From Chrysomallon squamiferum (Eukaryota > Animalia > Mollusca), in assembly GCA_012295275.1 (NCBI GenBank), contig CM022667.1, positions 2,294,001 through 2,358,000 of the forward strand: 64,000 nucleotides of DNA, in the 5' to 3' direction. Position 1 is the stretch's first letter; the number at the start of each line of letters is the position of its first letter. Positions 1 to 13,152 of the stretch are shown piece after piece. The translations under genes and the position numbers were made by a program. A model generated the notes under the pieces. That model did not search any database. It was given only the letters and a program-made list of their open reading frames with translations, and was not told the DNA's origin.

Positions 1-76
1 GACAGTGGTGTCGGTGTAGCTGATTGTCATCCATCTGGATATTTGTTTTGCTCTCGTTACAAAACATATTACACAA
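1..76 (-). other. Probable exon of a gene continuing off the left edge of the window
   Basis: Minus-strand acceptor TTTCTTTCAG immediately upstream of position 76, followed by higher-complexity sequence open in at least two frames (e.g. ...IQMDDNQLHRHHC). Product not identifiable. Confidence 0.35.
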
Positions 77-175
77 CTGAAAGAAATTAACAAAATGGTA
101 TTTGCTGAACCTAAGTGAACCAAGCATTCAGAGAGTTTGAACTGATGTTTTATGTGTTGCTTTTATTGTTGTTAT

Positions 176-353
<178 letters not shown>

Positions 354-1327
354 ATCTGTTTGCTGCATTTTGTTAACCTTGTTTCAGTGTAACATAATTT
401 CATCAAATGTGTTCATTGCCCATGATCATCATACATATTCTTAACACATTATTTTCACTGATGTATTTTCTTTAAATGATGCCAGCCATCTTAGATCTCT
501 TGTTCAGATCATAACAGACTTTGGCTGTATTTGTCTTTATTTACTTGATCTTATTTTTCTTATTTTAATATAGGATTTTAAAAAATGTAAGCACAGTCAA
601 AGAGAAAAATATTTTTGAATGTATTTTTCTCTCAGACAAAAAGAAAAATGATTCTTAATGAATGTTCTGCAGTAAATAATAAAATTATTTCCTGTACAGA
701 CATTTTATTTAATAAAACTGTTTAAATCTTTTCATTCTGAGTAATGATGTTTCACTGATGTGTTTGTGTTATGAGGAAATAGGAAATAGTTATTGCATTG
801 TCGAATATTATTACATCACTGGTAATTACATTCATGCATTATTTTATTATTGAGAAAAATTGCATCGGTCATTTTATTTCATAACATGAACATCCATATC
901 CATTAAAAAAAATATATATAAATTAAAAAAATAATAATAATTTTTTAAATAACTGCTTTTTGTACACCAAACTTTCAAAATATTTCAATGTCATATACAG
1001 GTTTTTAATTTTTTTTTTTAAATTATTTATTTATTTATTATTATTATTATTATTATTGTTATTATTATTGTTGTCAGGCTGTAAGTGTAAATGAAAATAG
1101 CTCAATGAAAGCATTGTGTAGGATCATTTCTTTGAACTATCACACATCAAGCACAGGACTTTGAACTGCTCCAGTATTTAAACCCGATTTTTTTCTTAAT
1201 CAACTGAATATTTTAAAACAGATTTCTATAATAATAAATGACTAAGGAATATGTCATTTATTACTTTCAATTTTCTTTTTCATTTACAGTTATATTTATT
1301 TATTATTTTATTTTATTTTATTTTTAA

Positions 1328-1369
<42 letters not shown>

Positions 1370-3098
1370 TCTTGAATCATCATGTAGTTAAAAAAGTATC
1401 TATAATCATCAAATGTAAAAGGACATTAATGAAAAATATTTTTACTCATGAAACTGACAGTTAAAATATTTTCATTCCAAACAAAAAGAGGAAGAAGTAT
1501 GAACTTTTGCTGTTCACAGCAGCACTTCTCAAAATTAATCAAACTACACAAAAAAAAATTAATATTTATTCTGAACTGTGAAAGAAAAACATTTCAAGTT
1601 GAATGTTTGAACAGCATGAACAGCAGAAAATACAAAAAGATTAATTCAAATACACAAAAAAAAAAAAAAGAAGAAGAAGAAATATTTAATTTTCATTCAC
1701 AACAGTGACAGAAAAGAGTTGAATGTTTCAATAAAACAGAACTCGTACTTAATTCCAGTTCTGGTAAATTAGATTCTCTTGAAATCATTTGTTGAGATAA
1801 GACGTTTAGAAATAAAGCTATTATGGTTTTAAGTGTTTGAAAAACAAGACTACTGTTTGAACAATTGATCTTCTACTATCAGTGTGGCTGCTGTTTTTGT
1901 GGAAAAATAACCATTCGTTGACTTAGGAGTGTCATCCAACTCTGTGCTTACTTCAGTGAATGGGCTGCAGGATCAATTCTTTGCGGCGCATGTTATAAAC
2001 TATAACCCTTGACCAACATGTGCTCCATAACCATTTATTGAAAATTTTTATAAATGACTTTGTTGTTTTAAGATTTATTAAAGAATCTTCTGCTGATGGT
2101 CAATAAAATTAGTCTGTTTGAAAATACCTGGAGGTTCCTTCTCAAATCATCATCATCATCATCATCATTAAATATTAAACATGATTATGTTACATTTTTT
2201 TGCTTATTGATTAGACATTATTACTATTACCTATGATATGTTTATCAAAGATAATGGGATTTGCTTTTTCCTATTTTATTTTTAGCTAAAGAAAAATTCA
2301 TTGCTGCTAATTAATGAAAAACTGTCTCCCATCATCATAATCATCATTATTATCATCAGTATAATCATTTTCTCCACCACCATCATAATCACAACCACTA
2401 CCATCATCATCATCATTAAAAAGAAAATCAAACATTTCACAATTTTTAAGACAATAAATAAATATTCCTTGGTTTATAGCTCAAATTGTTATTACCAAAA
2501 GTTCAAATGACTTTTATACCAAAGACACAGAAACATGTTTGTTTCTTTCTTTTTGAAAAAGGATTAGGACAGAAGATTTTTTTGCTGCTAATCATTAAAC
2601 CTCAGTCCAGTGAGTGTAGATTCAGATTTCCTTTCAGTGTCACCATTTAAAAAAAAATAAAACAAAGATTGTACAGTTATGCAGTTACGCAAACAAGTAC
2701 AGACGAACTTCATTATTACATACGTGGAGTAAGCTTTTCTTTCTGTTATGAAACGAATATAAAAGAATTCTTGCTGCTAACAGATAAAAGAAATCCTCAT
2801 TATTAGGGTTGGTTTCCTCTTGACTCATCATTTTCTTAAAAATAATAATAATAATAATAATAAATAATATAATATTGAAGATGATGATAATGATAAAATG
2901 GTGATGATAATAATGATAATAATAATTTAGTGGTAATAAATTTGTCATGTTTTTGTGTTTTATACTCCTTTCCAATAATTATCAAAATGACATGATTGGT
3001 CTATTAAAAATCTTTATGTGTTCTTTTCCTTGTATGATAAATAAATAACGACTTCTAAAACACAGCTATCAACAACAACAACAACAACAACAAAAAAG

Positions 3099-3205
3099 AA
3101 ATCAGCATGCATGCAGTAGCTTTACTTTTTAATTTTCATACACAACATCAAAAAAGAAATCAGCATGCATGCAGTAGCTTTTATTTTTAATTTTCATACA
3201 CAACA
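3099..3205. repeat. ~57-bp direct tandem duplication
   Basis: aaatcagcatgcatgcagtagctttt...aattttcatacacaaca occurs twice. Confidence 0.85.
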
Positions 3206-3317
3206 ACAACAAAAAACACCACAGCTACATCTGAAAAGAATGAAATACTAAAACCTGTAGTTACAGAAATATTCTAAGAACCATTTAACAAAAAAAAATT
3301 TCAGAAAAAAAAAATGA

Positions 3318-3351
<34 letters not shown>

Positions 3352-4264
3352 TAACGCGACTTCACTTTGTTAAATAAACTTGTTAGAAAATGAAGCACAC
3401 ATGGACAGAAGTGTTTGAAAACCAAAAAAAAAAAAAAAAAATTCTATTTTAACAATCGATCTCTCTTGTTTCCGATGCCAGGAATCCTGATATCATGTCC
3501 CATTCCATAAAAAAAGTTAACCCTGGGGGACATGTCAGTCCATGGGGCAAAACTCTAAAATGCCAAGCCTTTTAGCAATTTCACAAAGTTATTTCAAGGC
3601 TTGAAACTACTAATAAAGAGGAGGCCAGGTTTCCATTACAAAATTTTCCCAATTCAGTTATAATAATAACAAGTTATCTGCTGATGTAAATTGATAGCTA
3701 ATGGAAAGACTAAAATCATAGTCAAGATTTATTTTATACATTCACTCAATCAGCAGTGATTGAGACTGATTAAATATAAATAATAATAATATTATTGATA
3801 ATAATAATAAAAATGTTACTACTATCAATAATAATAAATATAAAAATAAAACAGAATTTTATTTGTGTGTGTATCTGTGTATGTAGTATGTATGTGTACA
3901 TGTATATATATATATACACACATGTATTAAAACAACAGTTGTAACAGTGTTTAGTCATAAATGGTCACAGAGTTGTTGTTTTTTTCTATAAATATTTTAT
4001 TAGTATTTCCTGTTCCAATCACAGCTCTGTGACTGGTTTGTAAAGGGAACACAAAAGAAAAGTTGATGTTTATTGAAGAGTATTCTATAAAACAGCAGTA
4101 TATATTTCCTCATAGTCATTATTTTATCAGCTACAAAAGAAAAAAACAATTAAATTATAATTTCTTTCATTCTTTTCTTTTTTCTTTTTTTTTTATTGTT
4201 AAAGAAAATTAATATTAATTCCTCTCATTTTCTTCAAATATAATCCCAATTTTTTTTTGAAAAT

Positions 4265-4765
4265 TTAAGATTAAAAGATGTATTAAAATGGGCTCAGATT
4301 TCCTCTGGTATCATTTTTATCAATCACAAAAAAAAAAAAAAAACATCAAAAATAATTATAGTTAAATATAATTTTGTTTGACATTTAAAGATTAATACAT
4401 GTATTAAAATGTGCTCAGATTTCCTCTCATATCAACTTTTTCAAATACAAAATAATAATAATAATAAAAATGATAGTTAAATATAATTTTGTTTGACATT
4501 TGAAGATTAATACATGTATTAAAATGTGCTGAGCTTTTCTCTCATATCATCATTTTGTCAAACGAAACAAAATAAATAAAATAATCAAATTATAATTTTT
4601 TGACGTCTGAAGAAGATTAACATTTATTAAAATGTTGAAATTTCCATCTCTTATCATCATTTTTTATCAATCATAATGAAAAATAAGAAAATTAATTAAA
4701 TTAAAATGTTTTACTGTCTGAAGAAAACGAAAATGTGCTTGCTGCACCGAGATTTCCTCTCATAT
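4265..4765. repeat. Degenerate ~115-bp tandem repeat (4-5 units)
   Basis: Recurrent gattaatacatgtattaaaatgtgctcagatttcctctcatatca core. Confidence 0.8.
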
Positions 4766-5063
4766 CGTTTGATCAATCACACAAATAAATGATATAATCA
4801 TTGAACTAATTTTTTTAAACATTAGAAGAAGACTAATATTAGTGCATTGGGAAATTATTTCAGATGGATGGGATTCTTCGTACATCCTGATAACGATGTA
4901 AAACCATTTGGAATCTAATCGACCACAGTTGAGTATTTGCACAGTTGATCTGGCTTGCAGTTGGTGTATGGAGTTACTGTTCTTGAATTAATTATTTGAA
5001 TTAATTTTATTTTATTATTATTAATACCTGAGGCATTAATAATGATCTAAAACATATACTTCA

Positions 5064-5115
<52 letters not shown>

Positions 5116-5314
5116 TCTTAGGGTATTCCTGAGGCATTACAATTTTATGATCTAAACCAGATACTTCAATTATTGAATGATCTAAATCATATACTTTTAT
5201 GATCAAAACATATACTTCATACTTCCAAGTGACTATTTTATTGTTTTGAAGTGGTTTGTCATAACTCATAATAAAGCATAATAATCAAATATTTTCAAGT
5301 CATTTAGCACTGCC

Positions 5315-6380
5315 TCTAGTTTTCAAGTATAAAGTCACCTACAGTCAGTCCATGGACTAAATGTGTTGACACAAGATTTCAACTATAAAGTCAGTCCATG
5401 GACTAAATGTGTTGACACAAGATTTCAAATATGAAGTTACTTAGTCCTTGGACTGTCTTTGTTGACACTACATTTCAAATAGTTATTTAGTCAGTCCGTG
5501 GACTGCATGTTGACACTAGTTTTCAACTATAAAGTCACAGTCCGTGGACTGCATGTTGACACTAGTTTTCAACTATAAAGTCACAGTCCATCCGTGGACT
5601 GCATGTTGACACTAGTTTTCAACTATAAAGTCACAGTCCATGGACTGCATGTTGACACTAGTTTTCAAATATAAAGTCACTTACAGTCAGTCCATGGACT
5701 GCATGTTGACACTAGTTTTCAAATATAAAGTCAATCAGTCCATGGACTACGTGCACTGTTGACACTAGTTTTCAAATATAAGTCACTTACAGTCAGTCCA
5801 TGGACTGCATGTTGACACTAGTTTTCAAATATAAAGTCACTTACAGTCAGTCCATGGACTGCATGTTGACACTAGTTTTTAAATATAAAGTCACATTCCA
5901 TGGACTGCATGTTGACACTAGTTTTCAAACCTGTTGACACTAGTTTTCATCTACAAACTCACTTACATTCCATGGACTGCATGTTGATACTAGTTTCAAA
6001 TATAAAGTCATGTTACACTAGTTTTCAAATATAAAGTCACTTACAGTCAGTCCATGGACTGCATGTGTTGACACTAGTTTTCAAATATAAACTCACTTAC
6101 AGTCCATGGACTGCATGTTGACACTACTGTTCATACTAGTTTTCAAATATAAAGTGTTTTGACACAAAATTTCAAATATAGTCATTTACAATCAGTCCAT
6201 GGACTGCATGCATTGTTGACTCTAGTTTTCAAAAATAAAATCACTTACAATTAGTCCATGGAGTACATGTTGACACTACTTTTCCAATATAGTCACTTAT
6301 AGTCAGTCCAAGGACTAAGTTAGTACAATGCCTCTAAGTTGCAAAAATTTCCAAGTCATTTAACAGTCCATGGACTGAAT
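5315..6380. repeat. Minisatellite, ~45-55-bp unit, roughly 20 copies, with a palindromic core
   Basis: Unit approx. cagtcagtccatggactgcatgttgacactagttttcaaatataaagtcactta; the core CAGTCCATGGACTG is a perfect palindrome. Confidence 0.95.
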
Positions 6381-6924
6381 ATTGCTATTAGGTGTCAGAT
6401 TTTTTCAGTGACTCAAATAGAGTCCCTGGCCTTAAAATAAGTGTGCCCTGTTTGAAATGTTTTAAAGTCGCAAAAGAGTCCAAAAACTTAGATTAACTTA
6501 CAGCTACTAGATTTACCCTGAAACACTAACCTGATAATATTTGAAGGTTAAATAAATACATGGTTGATTGATTGATTTAGTTAGTTAGTTTCGAAATAAA
6601 GATTGCATTATGTCATTGTTTTTGTATGTACACTGCAAAACATTAAAAAAAAAAAAAAAAAAAAAAATAAAAATTCATTTTCTTTCAGGTGTGCATGATT
6701 TGATTCAAGTTTTTTATCATATTCAGAAGATCAAACAAAAAAATTCAACTCTGTTCCCTGAGTGTATGTGCACAGCATTTTTATATTTAGCATTTTAACT
6801 AGTGGTGAAGAAAATCAGTTTTCTAACATCATTTCAACTTTTAAAAAAGGTTTTCCACTTCATTTTTTTTCCAATGCAGAGGATTTTGATGTGATAAATT
6901 AAACAATGTCAAAAGAAACCCACA

Positions 6925-6961
<37 letters not shown>

Positions 6962-7847
6962 ATATTTACATAAAATTTTATCTTTTTTTCTTTTTCTTTT
7001 CTTATTTATTTATTTTGGGGAGGAATTTATTATCAATTTATTTAGAACCCAAATGAGATTTATGATTCAGAAAATACAAATATTTCAGGATAATTAAGGA
7101 AACCAAATTTTTATTTATTTATTAATCAGTTAATTTTATATACATTTTTATATTTTGGGTTATTAAAATGTTTAATAATATGCAGTATTGCCAGTTAATA
7201 GTTAAAATCCTTTTATTATTAATTTTTGTATTATAAAAAGCAGAAAAGAAAAAAACATTTAGCTTTTAAATTATTAACAAATAACAATACTAAAGAATGT
7301 TAACACTGGTTTATTCACAAATGTACTTGTCAGTATGAAATAATATGTAATGTTCTATTTTAATTACTATATTTAAAGACAGAGTAAATTTTTAACAGAA
7401 TGTTTTCACATAACTTCATTTTATAAAGAAAACACAAGTAGTTAAAAACAGTTCAAAAACAGTACTTTAAAACATAACAATAAAGAAACAGAATAGTAGA
7501 AGAATGAAAATCGCCATCGAAAATGGTTTCTGAAAGTAGTGTAAACTATTAGTGTATAAACTACAGAGGATATAACATTCAACATGACAAAAAAAAAAAA
7601 AATGTGAAAAAAAAAAAAAAAAGAAAAAGAGAGAGAAAAAGGTAAGAAAGAAAAAAAAAAATTTTCATTTGCGCTTGGTTTCCAAAGATGCAATATGACA
7701 TAATTAAATTCATTACTAAAAAAAAAAAAAAAAAAAAAAAAAAATCACTTTCGAAGTTTTTTTCAATCATTTTTCTTTTAGGTCTGAAGCTTTGAAAATA
7801 CGTAGTGTGTGTGCGTGCGTGCGTGCGTGCGTCTGTGTGTGCGTGCA

Positions 7848-7891
<44 letters not shown>

Positions 7892-8099
7892 CAAACTGTG
7901 TAAACATCCAACAGTTTCAAAACACAATTATAAAAATGTATAAAATCAAAATGTCTGACCGTGATGGTCATGGCGATAGTTTACGAAGATGATTAATATA
8001 TATAATATAATATAATCATTAAAACGCATCAAATTAAATTCCAGACATCTGTCCGGGAAAACGTGAGGTCATGGAGATATGAAATAGTTCGAGTCATTT

Positions 8100-8260
8100 A
8101 CTTATTGTAATTAAAGTATCGTTGGCTCTCATTAAAAATTATTATCAGCTTTAATCATACAGTTCCGTGCGTCTGGTGTAAAACATGTGGAAGTTGTGAC
8201 GTAAAACATCCGTGAAGCACGCGTAGCCCCCGCCGGAACTAGAAGCGGAAGGATCCAAAG
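8100..8260 (-). promoter_or_regulatory. Probable CpG-rich promoter and first non-coding exon of the gene running off to the left
   Basis: Local CpG-rich island with GC-box-like CCCCCGCC, ETS-like CCGGAA/GCGGAAG, TGACGT, and a minus-strand donor (AA|GTAAAT) at ~8101. Confidence 0.4.
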
Positions 8261-8332
8261 AATTTTATCACTTTACAAAATTTTATTTGTTTTGCGAAAT
8301 GATCCGAAACAAATCAGTATTGCCAATAATGA

Positions 8333-8363
<31 letters not shown>

Positions 8364-8849
8364 GCTCTACATAATTAATATTCTTATCCGATACGACTAC
8401 CATGATAATGTGCTAAAATAATACATAATCGTTAAAGCCATTATCATGATAATGGTCACTGATAAGTAACGTTCGTTGATTTATTAACCGTAATTTATGT
8501 AAAACAGCAACACATTTTATCACATATAAGTATTATTTACAATATCCAAAAGCCTTTAAAATGTTGTTTTTTTTTTTTTTTCCAGTATCTACAATTAAAT
8601 TTCTTCCTGAGGAATATGCCCCCAGATCCCCTAGGAAATTCGGCCCTCAAAATCGCTCTAATGCTAGGGTCGCGATCGTAACAGGATTTCTCTGTATGAT
8701 CAACAGGTTAATGATCACTTTTATTCTCACACTGTGCGGTAGTTAACAATTGAACAACATGCATTAACAAACACAACTGATTGGATATTGACACTACAGA
8801 GCTGTAATCTGTTGTTTCATTTACGTGGTGGCATATAACGGTGTATGTG

Positions 8850-9260
8850 TTTCAAGTGATTTATCACGATATTGTTTTTAAACTGTATTGTTTATAATAT
8901 ATTTTATGTTATAATGTGTGTCCAATGATTTATTAAGATACTGTTTTTAAAATGTATGGTTTATGATTAAATGTGTTCATGATTTATTAAGATATTGTTT
9001 TAAAAATGTATGGTTTACAAATATTCATGATATATGTGCGTCCAATGATTTATTAAGATGTTTTTAAATGCATGGTTTCTAATAGTATTTATGATATATA
9101 TGCCCAATGATTAAGATATTGTTTTTAAAATACATAGTAGTATTTATGATACATATGTTCAAGTAATTTATAATAATACTGTTTATAAATAGTAAAATAC
9201 AGCTTATAATTGCATTTATGATTGATGTTCAATGATTTTTAATTTCTTTTTTAAATGCAT
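8850..9260. repeat. Degenerate ~55-60-bp AT-rich tandem repeat
   Basis: Repeated gatttattaagatattgtttttaaaatgtatggttta-like units. Confidence 0.75.
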
Positions 9261-12093
9261 GATCTTAATAAATATATAGATAGATAGATAGATACATTCA
9301 AGCAACATATTGAGTATATTTCCCAAGTGAGTTATGATAATACTGTTTTTAAAATACATTGTCATGGTCATATTTCCTAGTATATGCTTGCAATTAGTGA
9401 GTTATTGAGAGGTTATTTAACTGCATGTATTTACTTAATATCTAGTTAACACTGCCTATAGTAGCATATATATAACCTAGTTATTTGTCATACTACTGTT
9501 TTTCAAAATACATGGTTTATATTAATATTTATGATATATGTGCCCAAGATATTTACATATAAAATGTATTGTTCCACATAATATTTACTGGTTGGTAAAT
9601 GTTTTCAAAGTTTAGTTATTTATCAAGATATTCATTATAAATATGCTTGTAAATGGTTTTTATTAGAATATTCTGTAAAACAGTTCATTGCCCTAACTAT
9701 ATTTATATGCTGCCACATGAGTTTGATTTATTTCAGTAGATTATTTTTACATTATTTCTAAAACATTCTTTATATTTTGTTAATAGCAATTTATTTTTTA
9801 TTTTCCTCTGACAAGAAATACTTTTGTAATATTTTTTCATATAAAAAGAACTGTTAATTAAACAAATTAATATTAGATTCCCAACAAATTCTACAACTAA
9901 TTGTAAGTTATTAAATATTATTTTATTTCTCCAGATTACATGTATGTATTATTTAAAAAAAAAATTATCAGTAATGTTAATGTAAAATATATAAAAATAG
10001 TGTAATGACAGTATCTATTAGATTTGATATAAAGCTGAATTCAAATTAATTATTATTTATTAGGTGTTTCAATGTTTTTCATAGTGTTGAAATATATCTT
10101 TAGTACCTTTCAAAATTGTCCATTTTCTGTCACAAATCATAATTATATATATATATATATCAAATTAAAATAGCAATTTTCTATTAAGCTTTATGACCTA
10201 GCTATGGAAACATTTCCTTGATTATGTAAAAAAGGTGAAAAATTACAAATAACAATATAGTAGACACTTTTCATTTCAATGTAAAAATAAATAACAATGA
10301 AAATACACTTTTGAATGTTGATCTTTTATATTCTTTGATAATTATCGAAATAAATGCCTGATTTTGACTGAATTTAAAAATTAAATCAATTTTCCAAATC
10401 TCTAATCTAAGAGGGATAACTCCTGTTTTACTTTTTCCACAGTTATATTATCCTTAAAAGGTTAGCCAGTAAGTAACACATAAATGTGAAAATCAGAATA
10501 AAATATTTCTGTTTATATTAATATAATACTAAAAATTTATCACAATTAACAACTTTCCACAAAATATTTTCATAATAGTTTATATATATATATATATATT
10601 AAATATTACATTTGTACCATAGGATTAAACTAAAGCATGAGATTGCTAAAAAAAAGTTTTAAAAGTAATTTTAAAAAATGAAATAATAATAATAACTAAT
10701 ATCCAGTGACTATATTATAAAAATCTCTCTTCACACACACACACACACACACACATTCCAAAATAAACAATAATATCCAATAATTTGTCCTATAATCCCC
10801 TAAAAACACGACTTTATAAGTAATCAGTAAGCTAAAATATTGCACAATCAGTTACATTAATTCACATTAATTGTAAAAAGCATCAAGAATGAAATGCAAT
10901 CCTGTATATTTTACCTAAGACTCCATTATAAAAGAGAATACTAAGATTCTTAAGAAAAAGTTAAGAATTAATCATTTTTATTTACAAAGTTTGTTAGCTA
11001 GCTGCCTGTTAGCATGATAACACAACAACTGGAATGTTTGTTTTAAAACATAGAATTTATCTTTACAAGAATATAAAATAATATAGAGAAAAAAGAGAAA
11101 ACAACTAAATATTAAGTAATTTGTTTATATATTTAACCTAATTAATAAATTATTAATATAAATGAATTACTTCTCAGATTGTATTTTCAACATAATTGGT
11201 GATTCTAATTAAACAATGCCATGAGAAGAAGAAAAAAAAAAAAAAATGGAAACATTAATTTGATTAATTTGAATTTAAAGCTTAAAGTTAATGCATAAAA
11301 TAATACTAGCACCAGAGCACTTTGCATAGAATATTGTTCTAAAGCTGAGGTTTAGAATAAGGTAAAATATTAAATAAATTAATATAATTATTTAAAATTT
11401 ATTAAATATACTGAAAGTTACTTTTTTCTTTTATTTTATTTGTAAACATTTTACAACGTTTTTTGTTTGGAAAATAAATGACTGAACAAAAAAAAAATTG
11501 AATTTGAGTTATAAATAATTATGTGCTATGCTGAACTTTATAACAACTGTATAATTTTATTTCACCTTGTTTTTATGCCATGGATTAAATAAAAACTAAC
11601 AGAAGCTTATCTTGGTGGCTTGAAATGTGATATCCTTAAAATGGAAGACAAAAATACTTTTTCTACAAAAATATTGTATTTACTCTCTTATAAGCTGCCT
11701 AAACATGATAAATTTTAATATTATAACTTTCTTCTTTTTTTTTTTAAATATATAATAAAGAAATAATAAATAAATTCTAATTAAATATATTCTGGATTTT
11801 GTTAATAAATATCTTATTCTTCCCTCCAAAAAAAATATAAAAAAGCACCCCTCTGTTATTAGAAACAGTAAAAAGTTTAATAAAAAAATGCAAAAAGCAA
11901 AACGCCTTTTATATTAGTATAAACTATAACAACTTATAAAAATGAAAAAATGTAAACAACAACAAAAAATTTAACAGTGTTGTTTAACAAAAACATCATT
12001 TACAAAACAGAACTGCACATATCACAACAGAAGTAACAAAAATATATACAAAAAATATGTAAAATTTTAAAAAATTCTAGTATGAGATTAATT

Positions 12094-13110
12094 TCACATG
12101 TTGAATATGTAGTCTTGTTTTATCACATCTTTCAAATCAGGGATTCTGTCGACATCGATTCTCCTCGACTTGTACTGCAGAAGTCGCTCTTCTAAATCCT
12201 GTTTGTCCTTTCCCAAAGACCAACAGAGTCGAACTGAAATTTTGACGAGAGACACACAGAGATTGCTACCCAGATTCTCCTCAGAACACTTCAGTGCCAG
12301 TTCAGCGTATTCATAAGCAGAAACCAAGTTCTCCAGGGAACTGTAAGAGACTACAAGACAGCATAAGATAAAGAAAACTTTGTGATGACATCCTCCCAGT
12401 ATTTTTTCGCTGATCGGAAGACATTTTTCAAACAGTGGGATGGACTGAGAATACTTCTCCTCGCAGAATAACACGGATGCCGTTTTGACATCAGTCTGAA
12501 AGAAAAAGTCTGCAAATTCTTCAGAGAACCGTAATTCCGGCACGGAGAACACATGGAAAAGGTACTGTTCAAAAGCTCTGCTTCTTTTCGCAATGGTTTC
12601 GCTGCTGAAGTTTCCTATGAGGACTTTCTTGGGGAAGGAGATATCAGCCATGAGGTGGGGGTACTTCTTTCTCAGTTGGTCATTGAGTGAAGAAAAATCT
12701 GAGTATCTTTTCTCAACCTGTGTTGGCACCTTCTCAACTCCATGAGGGTGGCTGGCAATCAAAATAGTGTACAACTGAAAAATAAAACAGTTAAAAGAAA
12801 ATAATAATAATAATAATAATTGTCCCCATTATCTCTACTTGAAAGATAAAAAAAAAATAATAATAATAATTTATATATGTATATAAAATAACAACTTCAA
12901 ATTAAAATAATCATTATAAATATAATGCTTAAAACATTATTTAATTTTTTTATAATTTATTATGATCAACACGCTATATCCATCTGTATATATATATATA
13001 TATATATCAAGTGAAAAATATGACATAATTTGTCTGTCTGAAACATTTCTGAACTGCATAAAAATTGTCATTATGTTTAACTGTAACAATTAATGTACAT
13101 ACAAATACTT

Positions 13111-13152
<42 letters not shown>

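Noticed and set aside
5315-6380. CRISPR-like array of palindromic repeats
   Set aside because: Inter-palindrome sequences are themselves repeats (no unique spacers), there are no cas genes, and the context is eukaryotic
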